From positions 3,658,001-3,722,000 of the forward strand of contig JAYWIR010000009.1 in assembly GCA_036172245.1 (NCBI GenBank): a DNA stretch of 64,000 nt. The letters are read 5' to 3'. Shown one piece after another: positions 22,945 to 34,500 of this stretch (within the stretch, counting starts at the first letter, position 1; every line of letters begins with the position of its first letter). A model generated the notes under the pieces. It did no database searches. It was given only the letters and a program-made list of their open reading frames with translations, and was not told the DNA's origin. The stretch comes from Raillietiella orientalis (taxonomy: Eukaryota). The position numbers were made by a program, and so were the translations under genes.

Positions 22945-24922
22945 AAGTTATAGGGGGAAACCCCCTAGGGAACACCTTATGAATCCAGGAAGGCTTCGGA
23001 GGAAGGAACTCCTTCCTCTCATGCTTGGTAAGGAACTCCAAAGGGAACCAACCCTCCGCCCTGGTTGTCCCCGGAGGGACCCCGAAGGGAACCACGTCTT
23101 CCACGTTCTCACCCGAGGGAGCTCCCGGAAGGGAACGCTCCTCATTTTCTTCTTCTGAAGAGAACCTGCATAGGATCCGCTCCTGGACTTTCTTCTCCGG
23201 AAGGAACCGCTCCTTGTTTCCTCCTCTGGAGAGAACCCCAAAGGGAGCAGCGCACTTCTCGATACTCTGGGGAGGCATCGTCAACCCACCAGCTCCTCCC
23301 TCCAGTGCCTCCCCCTCCTGAGGGGGGAGATGGCTCCATTTTCACAACCGAAGGGAGGAACCCCGAAAGCAACCGACTCCTTGATATCCTGGAAAAACTC
23401 CGGAGGTCAACTCCCAGCTCCAACCAGTCAACAGGGGTTCCCGGATTCCATCAGTGCCGCACAACTTGCCCTCCTGGCAACCCTGTGGAGCGCCAGCTGG
23501 CGCCAACCTGCACGTCTTCTCGTCCAGCAAGCCACCAGCAGCGTGGGACTCGCGTAGTTCCTTGCGCGCCGTCCACGCATTCTCATCCATTGCGGACTGC
23601 ACCGGCGGCAGGTGGCCACGCTGGCCAGGAAAAACGGATGCATCTCGTGCCGTCCCGCGAACGGTGGTGCCCGGTCTCAGAGAACCGTTCGCACGTGGGC
23701 GGGGATCCAGGAGCCAAGCGCGGAACAGGTGCGACGTTTTCCAGGCGCAACAAAAACTGCACGCTCCGGGAGATCCTGGAAGATCCCGTGGAGAGAGTGC
23801 GTGGGCAAGCAGAACTCCCCTCGCCGCTGCGCAATCCTCCCTTAGGGAGCACGTGGGCAGCAGCCTTACAGTTAGATGGGAGGTCACTGAGGAAATCTCT
23901 GGAAGAAGAAAAGGACTAGGAAACGGGTCACTCGCCGACGCTGCAGCCTCGAGTGCTCGATCTCGTGGGCTTTTGCGCTGGGGCGTGCAACTGGGTATTC
24001 CGGAAAAAGAACTGCAGCGGCCCCCGGCTCTCACGAACACCCGTACTCTCCCCTCGAAGTGGCAGGAGTCGGCGTTGATGCTGCTGCACGGGGTCCTCGC
24101 GTGCGACGCCCGCCGGCATCATTGGACACGGGAGGGAGGGGTGGACGCGAACTGTGCCAGGTGCGGGGAGCGGGAATCCCTCCCGCACCTCCTAATGAAC
24201 TGTGTTGCCCTTCGACTGCTTTGGAGACACTTTCCCGCGACCCTTGGAACCGCCGGTGGCAACGCCCGAGACGTTGGAAGGCGCCTCTTCCTGCGCGACC
24301 CCCTCACGCCGGCCGCATCTCCAGCAGCACTGTGCTTCCCACGTGGCAGGACCGTGGCTGCATGGAGCAACGCCAGAGGAGGCCACGACGACAGGGATGC
24401 CATGTATTTTCATGTTCATTTTGATGTTCATGAGGACAGCGTCAAGGTGGCCCCATCTGGGTGGCCCCATAAAACAGGAACCTGCCGCCATCCTTACAAG
24501 GATGCAGAGGACACCATTCAGCACACAGTGATCCCTTCCCGATCACCCCATCTCCCCCCCTTTTTCAACTGGATGTTTTTTGTTTGACTTGTTTTCCCTT
24601 TTGTTTGTTTTCCCTTGTCCTGTGCTGCCGAGGCGACCCTGCTGGCCTGCGTGTCAGTTCTCGGCAGGTTCCTTCCCGTATTTATAAGTAACGTGGCAGG
24701 ATCGAGCGTTCTGCCACAGACGTGTATGTTTATTTTTATATCAATAAACTCCCCGGCGTGACCGGGGGTCCACCAGTGCCGCACCCGAAGAGGCCAACCA
24801 GCATGATCTTGCGGGGGTAACTCGAAACCCACGACGACGCGCACGTTACTCGGCGTCGATCCTCCACGCGGGGATTTCGAACCCGCTGGGTGCCACGCTC
24901 AAAGACCGTAACGATACGGTCC
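22945..24922 (-). mobile_element. Family X repeat, copy 6, split by a LINE insertion (head 24769-24922, body 22945-23462)
   Basis: The reverse complement of 24769-24922 matches 216-365. The reverse complement of 22945-23462 continues the X body from the same GTGCGGCACTG motif. Confidence 0.7.
23463..24768 (+). mobile_element. 5'-truncated L1/Tx1-like LINE with apparent 16-bp target-site duplication
   Basis: TLWSASWRQPARLL and GCISCRPAN match QLWTTPWCAPARLL and AWISCRPTN of the main ORF2. It has the CARCGERESLPHLLMNC finger and AATAAA at 24743. Flanks are TCCATCAGTGCCGCAC (23447-23462) and TCCACCAGTGCCGCAC (24769-24784). Confidence 0.85.
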
Positions 24923-25779
24923 TTCAACGCAGGGGGCCGCGCTTGCCAAACTCGCTACGAGAGAGACTTCTGGCTAAGCGGAGCGCTCGCCCTGCCAGCG
25001 ATGACCCCATCCTAGCCGATGCTCGCAAAGCGAGCTCGACATTCCGGTGTTTCCGAGCTTCGCGGATAAATGGCACCGCCTCCCGCGTTCGACCTGCGAT
25101 CGTGCGCGGAGCTCCGCATGGACGACTGGAGATGGCAGCGTCATCTACCGCGGAGGAACGGTCCTGAGTCCCTCCCGGAGATCGGCCGAGAGGAAGGGGA
25201 ACCCGAAGAAGCACCGAAAGGACATTGAGAGGAAGAGGAGAGGATGGGATCTCTGCCGAACTGAAAGGACCTGCCGTCCCTATTGGGACGAGGACGGTTC
25301 CGGAACATTCCGGCAGCGGGCGGAGGCAGCGCCAGTGGAGACGGCGCGCGCCGGACTCGGAAAGCACCCTGTGCCCACTCACCCCACCCCACCCCCGTCG
25401 AAATGGGAAGAGCGCGCAGCTCCCTCTGCGCTGGCGTTCCCCAGGGGCCCCAGCAGGAACGGCGCGCATTTGGCAGCCGAAGAAACCTGGGACCGGTGAA
25501 AAATGGGGAGGAGGCTGAGCGCGTGCATCAAAACACTCCGCACCACCTTGACTCAGCACTGCAGCCTCCCCTGCAAAGTGGGGTTCGGCGGGTCCACGTG
25601 CGCCGCCGAAAGGCGGAGGAGGATCGAGCGAAGCTGTAAATAAACGTCCAGCACTCGAACTGTTTCGAAGATCCGTGTTGCTAGGCGGCGCTCCTGCGAG
25701 ATGCCCCGTCATGGCAGGGAGGATGCTCCTGGAAAGCGTGCTGGGAGTCTTCAGCTGCAACCCGGAAGCGACGAGTTTC

Positions 25780-28130
25780 TTCTTGCTTCCGCCTTGCCAC
25801 GTACGACCGGAGGGGTTGTTTAGTACCGCGTCGCTTTCGCGCCGCTTCTTTTCTCGATCACGAGCAGGAACGGGTCGAGCGGCAGGGAGGGAGGTCCGCT
25901 GATCCCACGGAAGTGTGACTCCGATCCCCCCGCACGTCCCGTCGCTGCGCAGCGTGCCGAGAGGGGGGGGGAGCACTCGCTCTCCGCAGCTGCCCAGCGA
26001 CCCTCCCTCGGATCCGCCTCGTCTCGACCGGACCGAACGGGCAGCGAAGGCTCCTCCGGCCCCTGGCCGAGATGGACTACGGGACTTCCCGAGGAGAGGT
26101 CTCGGAAATTGCCAGCCCACAGACGAGGAGAGCCGCAGGAAGAGAAGACGCGGAGGAATCTTCTCGCCGCGCTGCCGGATGTGCAAAGGCTGCCTGCCTT
26201 CCCACCCACCTCGCTCGTTCACATTGCAACCGACACGTCTCCCAACGCCTCCCTGAGGCGGTGGCGACTTTTTCGCCAGGACCGACACCCCCGCGCTAGC
26301 GAGGGTGTCCACCAGCGCTTCCTCAGGGAAAAAAGCGACCCTGCCCCAAATGCCCTCGCGACCAGGCCTGACACGTGTGCGGCGCGAGGCACCTCCGACC
26401 TTGCGTCCGCCGGGAGGCGAGGTCGGAGGTGCTTGGCGACGCCCAGTCGTGTCGAGTTCATCTCGGAAATGACCGCGGCGCAGTCCGCAGCCAGGCAGTT
26501 TTTCTTTGTGTGTTGTCGCTGCAGAGTGCCGAGTCGATCCCCCTCTCCATTTCCAAGTCGAAGAAGGTGGCACGTCTCTGGGCGCTGCTTGATCGCCCGA
26601 GGACACGCCCTATGCTTCCGGACGACGGGACTTCATCTTTCCTCACTACCTCCGTCCCTTCCCACACGGACGACCGGGTTGATTGACCGCTACCAAAAAC
26701 GGAGGCTCTCTCCGAAGGTTGGGTCGCCAGGGATGGCCCTCCGCGATGCGCTCATCCCGACGGAACGTCTTCGGCCTCACGCCGCTCGCTTCCATTGTTC
26801 GGCGTGCGCGGCGCTCCCGTCGCTCGTGTCCAGGAGGGGGGAAGAGGAGGGCGGGGTGCATGGGGTGGAAGAGAAGAGGGGAGACGCGAGAGAGAACCAG
26901 CTTGCCAATGGAATCCTCGGAAATGGAAGAAACAAGGAAGAGGAAGAAGAGCTGCTGGTGGTGGTGGTGGTAACGGTAGCGAAGACGACGACGATGAAGA
27001 GGAAGCAAGGGAGGAGGAGGAAGATAGGAGGAAGTTGGGAGAGGGAAGAAGAGAAAAGGAAGAGGAGGAAGAGAAGAGGGGCGAAAGAGAGGAGAAACCG
27101 GAAGCGAGGGGGAAGAAGAGAGGAGGAGGAACAGAAGAGAAGGAGAAAGACGAAGAGGAGGAGGAAAAGGAATATGAAATGAGTGATGACATGAAGGTGA
27201 TATGTGACGATAGGAAGTGACGTTAGGAAACCGCTCCCGCTTTCAGAACCCCTTCAACGGAAGCAGCAGCACCTTCCATACTCTTCGCCGGCTCACCATT
27301 CTGCCCGATAGCTGCCTTCGAAACCAGGAGCGAAGGAATACCTCCTCCCCTATCTGGTTGCCAAGGTCGCGCCTCCACCCATGTTGGTCCAGGAACTTCC
27401 TCCTCCCCTACCTTGTCGATCGCAGCCTGCCGTGGATAGGTCCATGCGACCGCCCTCAGACCCACCGACAACTTCACGACCATCCTCGTCGGCGCGTACG
27501 CAGTCCGCAGGCGGAGGGGACGTCGCCCACGCGCGGCGGGAGCAGCGCTCGCGGAGCTGCGAACGAACCGGCGGCCTTCGGAGATGCTCGACCTTGGGAC
27601 CGGTTCGTGCCCGAGAGTGGAGCCCGAGGACAACCCCGGCAGGCCGATCTACGAGAGGACGTGCCCGCGACACGCGAGGCGGAGGCTGGCCTGCTCGCCG
27701 AGCGACGAGGCACTCGCTCGCCGGATACTGGCGGGGGCGCACCCTACCCCCCGTCACGTCCGCTGCGCTTCTCCTTCCCTCTCTGGACCCCAGAATCCGG
27801 GAGTCTCCCTCGACCACCCAGGATGTTTCGTGCGTGCGAGGCCCGTTCCTCCCGGAACGTGCAGCCAGACGCCGCCGTCTCTACGGCTACGCGGGCTGCT
27901 CGTTCCCATAGGAAACGTGCCGGGCCACAACCTCGAATGAGGGTTCGTCTTTGATCCGACCGGAAGAAAACTCCCCCCTCTGCAGAAGATCACGTAGCGA
28001 CTCGCCTTGTCCCTCCCTCCCTTCTCCTCGCTGCTCTTCTGTGCGTCGGCTAGGGACCGGACGCGTCCATCCAGGGGTAGGGACGGCCCTCTTTATCTAC
28101 CGCCCGTATTTCACCCGCCGCCGTCTCAGC
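25780..28130 (+). pseudogene. Degenerate LINE ORF2 5' half (AP endonuclease and linker), interrupted
   Basis: FRLATYDRRG (WNVRG-like, ~25790), TLQPTRL (LQETH-like, ~26225) and PRSRLHPCWSRNFLL...GPCD (SRID...SDH-like, ~27360-27450) occur in the correct order. Confidence 0.45.
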
Positions 28131-28597
28131 TGACTTCCTGATGGCTTTGTTTGCCGTTCCCCTGCCCGGCGGCCCGATTCCGCCGAGGAAGCCTTGCTCC
28201 CCCCCCTCCTCCTCTTCCTCCTCCTCGTCGTCGTCGTCGCCGTCGTCCTGGCTGCCGTTACCACCGTCACTATCACTCATTTCGCATTCCTCCTCCTCCT
28301 CCTCCCCTGCTTCCTCCTCTTCATCGTCGTCGTCTTCGCTACCGTTACCACCACCACCACCAGCAGCTCTTCTTCCTCTTCCTTGTTTCTTCCATTTCCG
28401 AGGATTCCATTGGCAAGCTGGTTCTCTCTCGCGTCTCCCCTCTTCTCTTCCACCCCATGCACCCCGCCCTCCTCTTCCCCCCTCCTGGACACGAGCGACG
28501 GGAGCGCCGCGCACGCCGAACGATGGAAGCGAGCGGCGTGAGGCCGAAGACGTTCCGTCGGGATGAGCGCATCGCGGAGGGCCATCCCTGGCGACCC
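26721..28597. repeat. Near-identical inverted repeat pair, ~300 bp arms (26721-27021 and 28291-28597)
   Basis: Arms are reverse complements with very few differences; the ORF track shows the same peptides on opposite strands. Confidence 0.95.
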
Positions 28598-29464
28598 GTC
28601 GCGAGGCACGGACCCAGGAAGGAGGCAGATCCCGGAGGGAGCCGGAAGGGAGGGAAGGGGAGGCAGCAGAGGACCGCTAGCGACCCTGGAAGTGGTCACG
28701 GCCTCCGCTGCCGCCCTCGCTCTTGGGGACAGCCGGCGGGACCTCCCTGAAGAGCCTGCCGTCGTGAGCACAGGAGGAGGAGGGGCAAAAGGGGGAGGGG
28801 TGAGCAGCCCGAGACGGTGGCTCGCTTTCCCGCGAGAGGATCGGTTTTGGGTGCGGGGCGTATTCCCAGCGGGGTTCGGAGCCACTGCCAGGAAAACTTG
28901 CACAGGAGCAAAGGGCGGTGAAGGCGCGCCGGGAGAGACGGGGGGAGGAGGCAGGAGGCGAGGCGGGGGATGCGCATTTTAGCGGTCGGGGCGAAAAGGG
29001 AAGGGAGGGAGGCGGCGCCGGCTGCTGCGATTCTCTCCACCGCAGCTCCGCTCTCTCCGCCCTCAAGTGCACACCCGGGAGCGCCACAGGGGTAGGCCCG
29101 GAGGCCCTCAGCACTCCGGGCAGTCTCCGGCTGTCCTTGACCACCGCGGATTTTCCCTTCCCTTCTCGTCCGTGGGATGATCCTTCTCTCCTGGAACGGG
29201 GGACGGTGATGCCCACCTTCAGGAGGAAAAAGGGAGGGGAGGGGATTTTCACCCAGTGACTCCGGGGCGTTGATTCCATTCCAAATAAATGAATGAACCG
29301 ACGAGCCGGGGAAGAGGTGGCTCCCGAAGCGAAGGCAGACGGAAGGAAGGAGTTCGCCTGGAGGGTCCACCGACACCCGAGTCGGGGCCTCCGAAAGCCC
29401 GGAACGGGAGGAAAGGGGAAGAAATGAAGCATGGGCTAGGGACGAGGGTCTTCGAGGGGAAGGG

Positions 29465-29810
29465 ACGACGATGATGATGATGATGGAGCCGATGAACAGG
29501 AGGAGGAGGAATATGAAAGGAGTGACGATGATGGTGGTGGTAGTAATGGTGAGGAGGAGGAAGAGGAAGTGAGTGATGATAATGATGGTGGTGGTGATCG
29601 TGGCAATGACGGTGATGATGATTGAGGAGGAGGAATATGAATGCGTGACGATGATGATAATGGTGATGGCAGTGGTGGTGGTGGTGATGATGGTAATGGC
29701 GGTGAGGAGGAGGAATATGAAAGGAGTGATGATGATGGTAGTGGTGATGAGGAGGAGGAAGAACATGAAGTCATGATGATGATGGTGATGATCATGGTGG
29801 TGGTGGTGAC
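29465..29810. repeat. Degenerate minisatellite of GAT/GGT/GAG triplets (unit contains GAGGAGGAATATGAAAGGAGTGA)
   Basis: The unit recurs at ~29505, 29625 and 29705, with related copies at 27165 and 32420. Confidence 0.9.
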
Positions 29811-31559
29811 GGGAAGGAGCGTTCCTTCCTGGGACGTAGCCCAGCCTGCTCACACAGCTCTTCCAGCTGCTCCAAGGAAACTGCTAGGAAAAAGGTCAGT
29901 CTCTCCCACCTTTCGAGTAACCCGCGCGAAAAAAGCACACGCCGCAGGGGCACCGAAGCGCCATCCTGAAGGAAGACTTCCCGCAAAGGAGGCAGGGCGA
30001 AACCTGCTCTTAGCGTCCCCGAGCTGGGGAAGAGTTCGCCCCAAAGAAAGGTCTTCTCCCCGGGCCACGGCTGTGGCGGACAGGCACCTGCCGATCGCCG
30101 TGCAGCGGGAGCACCCACGCCTCGTCTGCTCGAGTGCACGACCGCCGAAAATCCTCCTCTCGCCAGGCGCGCAGAGATCGGTACGAAAGCGGATCAGACA
30201 ACTCGATCCATCCTGGACCCTCCGGCCTCTGCGAGCACTCCAGCGCGGCGCCTCCGGACCTTTTCCGCAGCACTCAACCACTCTCGCTACTTTTTCTCTA
30301 TCCCTCCTATCTTTAAGATAGAAAAGAAAAAAAAGAGAGGGAGAAGAAACTACTCCATGCTGCAACAGGACGATCAAGTAAAAGAAGGAGAAAAGCAACA
30401 GAGAAATTGCAGATGCGACGACAACAGCGGTTTGCAAAACTCCGCTTCTGAAGGACAAAAAGATGGGAAAGCAAGGCGGAAGGGTCGCGCGGATTCCGCG
30501 AGTATCCGTGGCGACTAGGAAAAAAAGGCGAAACCGGGATGGAAATGTGGCTGGGGTGGCGAGGCTGCGTGTCAGATCACGAGTGGTAACACTGTGGGTC
30601 CATCTCATTCTGCTCACCCAATTGGGTTCGCGTGGCGCAGGTGACGTTGCCGCGGCGACTTGCGCAGTTATTTTTAATGCAAGAATGGGAAAACGCCGCC
30701 ATGTTTGGAGCAAGCGTTAAGCCTACGCTCGCTGAATCGAATGGGGTCGTAAATGGGGCTCACGTGCCAATTAAGGGGTGAACCTTTTCGTGACAGTGTG
30801 GGCACAGTGAGTGCAAAAATCTGCAGCAGGACGACAGATCGTGAGTGCAATCCTACCGTGCGTCTATCTGATACGCGCAGTGAATTTCAAACATTCCGGA
30901 CCTTTGCTAATCCTGAATTCCGTAGTGAGCTCATCAGGAAACATTGAAGAAACGATCTGCTGAAGGTGCAGACGTTTAAAAAAATAAAGAAAAAGCACAT
31001 TTTTGAAGAATCAAAAACAAACAAACTAGGAATCACAAGGTCCTTACAAAATTCCGGGCTCTTAACACAATATAACAGATGGGCATACTTCGAGGAATGC
31101 TCCAAAGTCTAAAACTGCTGCAGGGAGAAATAAATTGAAACGGTGTTAATCTGATTAGTTAATTAAATAATAAGACCTGAATTAATGAACTGACTATAGA
31201 AATCAAGCAGTACAATTTAGTTCACGACTAGTATACCAACTAAGGAAACATTTTCAATACTTTGAAAATTATGACAATTCAGTCCTTTTTCTTCGAGAAA
31301 AAAGATGCTACCCAAAGCTTTGATTGCTAGGCATCTTACAGAGCTTTCATTACTTTCAGGATTCCATAGCAAAGAAGCCCAATTTTAATGAATGCCTAAA
31401 TTGTTAACGCACTGCGAAGGGTAGCTTTGAAAACAAAGTGAAAGCATGACAAAATGAGCCTTGAACGCATGGACCACGTAATTGTGAGCAGTGCCATCCC
31501 AGATGAAATAAAGAGGTGCCTAGAAATGAATATCAAAACTTACAGTAAGTAGGTTTTCT

Positions 31560-34500
31560 ATACTACAGGTGCCCGCCCAGTCATTCTTTGATCACGCATC
31601 AGTCATTCTTCGCATAATTACAACATCCCACACTATACTGAACGAGACTGTACGTTGCTATTTCTCGAGTGTTCTTTGGCATAATGAACCGGTTTCCATC
31701 TCTGTGAGAAAGAAAATTTTCAGTACGAGGCCGTTTCCCACATCAAGCAAGGATTTTGATCAGGAAAGAATAGGAAAGAAAGAAACAAAAAACATGATTC
31801 CCCCTGTTTGAAGGGGGGGAGTATAAAACGGATCACCGTTCAAAGCACTGATGGAATTTCGCATTCGAAATTGAATTGACAGAACATATTTGCTCAATTT
31901 CGGGAACACACATCATTAGTGTCGAAAATTTCCGTCTACGTTATTCACATTGGCCCCACAAACACCCCAACGATAAGTCACCCCGACGTGAAAATCATTT
32001 AAAAAAAGGAAGTTCTAAAAGCGAACGCTGGAGAACAATTCCGGACTCTGGAAGGTCGGGGGAAAAAAGGAAAAAGTTTTCCACTTTCGAGTTTTCCATG
32101 CCGAGATACTCTTAAGTGCTTCCACCAAGTGAAGAGTCGCAGTGATGGGAAAAGGTTTCATTCCCGATGGTTTCTCAATCACGTGGACTATATTAACCGC
32201 CCAGGGCATTATTTGCACTCTATATACCCTGATGCAGAAAGCCGGGCGCTTTTTCCAGAACTGCTGCAGCCAAAAGGAAGGAGTTCTCCTGTAGGGTCCA
32301 CCGACACCCGAGTCGGGGCCTCCGAAAGCCCGGAACGGGAGGAAGGGGGAAGAAATGAAGGCTGTGCTGGGGACGAGGGCCTTCGAAGGGAAGGGACGAC
32401 GATGATGATGATGGAGCCGAGGAGGAATATGAAAGGAGTGATGATGGTGGTGGTGATTGCGGTAATGTCTAAAGCATGTCTAAGGATCTGACTCGAAATG
32501 AAAACTCTTCCGGTTAAGTTCTTCGACTAATTTGAAAAAAGGCAAGTGTCTGGAATTACTTGCTGTAGTTATGAAACTCCGTTTTGAGGATTCAGACCGC
32601 GTTTAGTACATACGGTTGGTGCGAATGGGTTTCTCCTACGGAAATGATTGGCAAACACCTCAGCAGCTTCAAATTAGAATGCCTGGAACTTGGACAAAAT
32701 ACCAGGGAGATTCTTAAATGCCATGAAGAACTGAAAATGTTTGTTTGTTTGAAGAAACTGCTTCGAATCCCCCCCACCCCCCCACCCAGGAAAAAAAAAA
32801 AAAAAGTGGCCTAATTCCCCCCCTCCCTCCCTTCTTTCGCCACACGTTACTTCGATTTCTCTCGTCAGTTCAGCGTGTGCCCGAAAACGTCAGTTTGTGT
32901 GTGTGTTTTGTCTTTGTTTCCTTCGCAACGGAGTTTCGGCAGCGCGAAGGACGCTGCTGGAGCCAATTCCAGCTGGGGGTCCGGTGCTTGCCGCAGGTCT
33001 TACGCACAGTTCCCGATCATCCGATCGCATAGGGAGTGGCACTCACACTTGAACACGGGAACCATTTCCCGAATTCGAGTTTGGACACAGCAAAACAGCA
33101 TCCAAACAGCAGTCTCACGTGCGGATCAGATGACGACGGCACCTGACGCGTCGGGAAGAGGGAAACAGCAGCAGCGCGACGCCTCGCTCATGGATTCGCG
33201 GTTTGGGACCCAAGATGATCAGGAAAGAAGACAGGTGGATGCTGATCGAGCGGAGACGCTCTCGATTCGGAACGCCGACAACGTGCTGCATCAGCAACCC
33301 AAATCCTCGACAACTCCCTGTCGACTCCTCAAACCACCGGCAAAACGAACAAGCCCTCGCTTCCGGAAATCAATCGTGATTATCACAGAACCAAGCCTCT
33401 CGTTAACAAAAAATCGCACGAATGCGACCAACCTGGATAAAACACGAATCCGGAGACGGTTTAAAATAGCTTACGAGAAAAACGGATCTTGAAGCTAATT
33501 GGGAAGAAAGAGGAAAAACTTTTGATGACTCAATGACGTCAACACAAGAAAAAGCACGCTGCTGCAAAAAAAAAAAGAGCTGAGCGCCTGACGAACTGCC
33601 CCAATGGGATGAGAAAGGGCACGACGTCTACGGGATCCACGTGGTCAGCATGCGGCGCGACACCGACGCAACAGCCTACGTAAACGTTCGGGATGTTCGA
33701 AGAAACGGCCTCGGGTGTTCAGTTGCAACTGCTTGCACGCGGTCGCGCGGGCAAGCAGATGGGAAAATTTCAAAAACAAAGAGGACTTGAAAGGATGGGG
33801 AACTACCGCATCCCATCCAATCAAGGAATGAAACAGCGCAGAGTGATTTGACGACCTATTCTGGACCTGCACTGGTACCAAAACAAGCAAATGGATCTAT
33901 TAATGGATCTATGTTTTTTTTTTTTTCTTTTTTTGTTTTTCTTTCGTTTTATGAAGTTGCAAATGACGAAGGCCGCATTATTTTCCCCTGTAGTTTTTAA
34001 GGTGCATAGACGCGCGCACGCTGCACTGTGCGTGATATGAACATGCAGATCGTTTCCCCTCAACTGAAACGGCTGCTGCTTGACATGGAGACGCGGTCTG
34101 AATTCTGTTCCTTGCTGCAGGTGTGGCAGAAGATGAGACTGACCACCGAGCATCGTGGCACAACCTCGCACGCTGTTCTGGTGCTGCTGGCACCTTTCAA
34201 AGCAACGGCTTCCGTTGCAGAACACGCAAACCCAATTGCAATCATACTGATGGAAGTCGCAACACGCGGTAACACCACCGCTGCACTTTTGTTTTCCCTC
34301 GCCTCCGGGAAAAACGTCTTCGCTCCTCCGCCGAACGACGTTGCAACATTTCGTTACGCAAATCGTCAACACATTAGCACTCCCGCCATCAGGAAGCAAC
34401 TGCCGAAAAAAGATTGTACACGTTTTAATGAATGAAACTGAATGGAAAACTAATGGGTGTGACAAATTGGCCAAGGCTTTCCCCCTGAGAGAGTGATCTC

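Noticed and set aside
22618..22946. Cys/Tyr-rich, Leu-rich or Ile/Thr/Val-rich mini-proteins
   Set aside because: These are translations of a compound trinucleotide microsatellite.
29465..29810. CRISPR-like array or acidic protein gene
   Set aside because: The units are degenerate triplet runs without unique spacers, the acidic frame has stops, and the context is eukaryotic.
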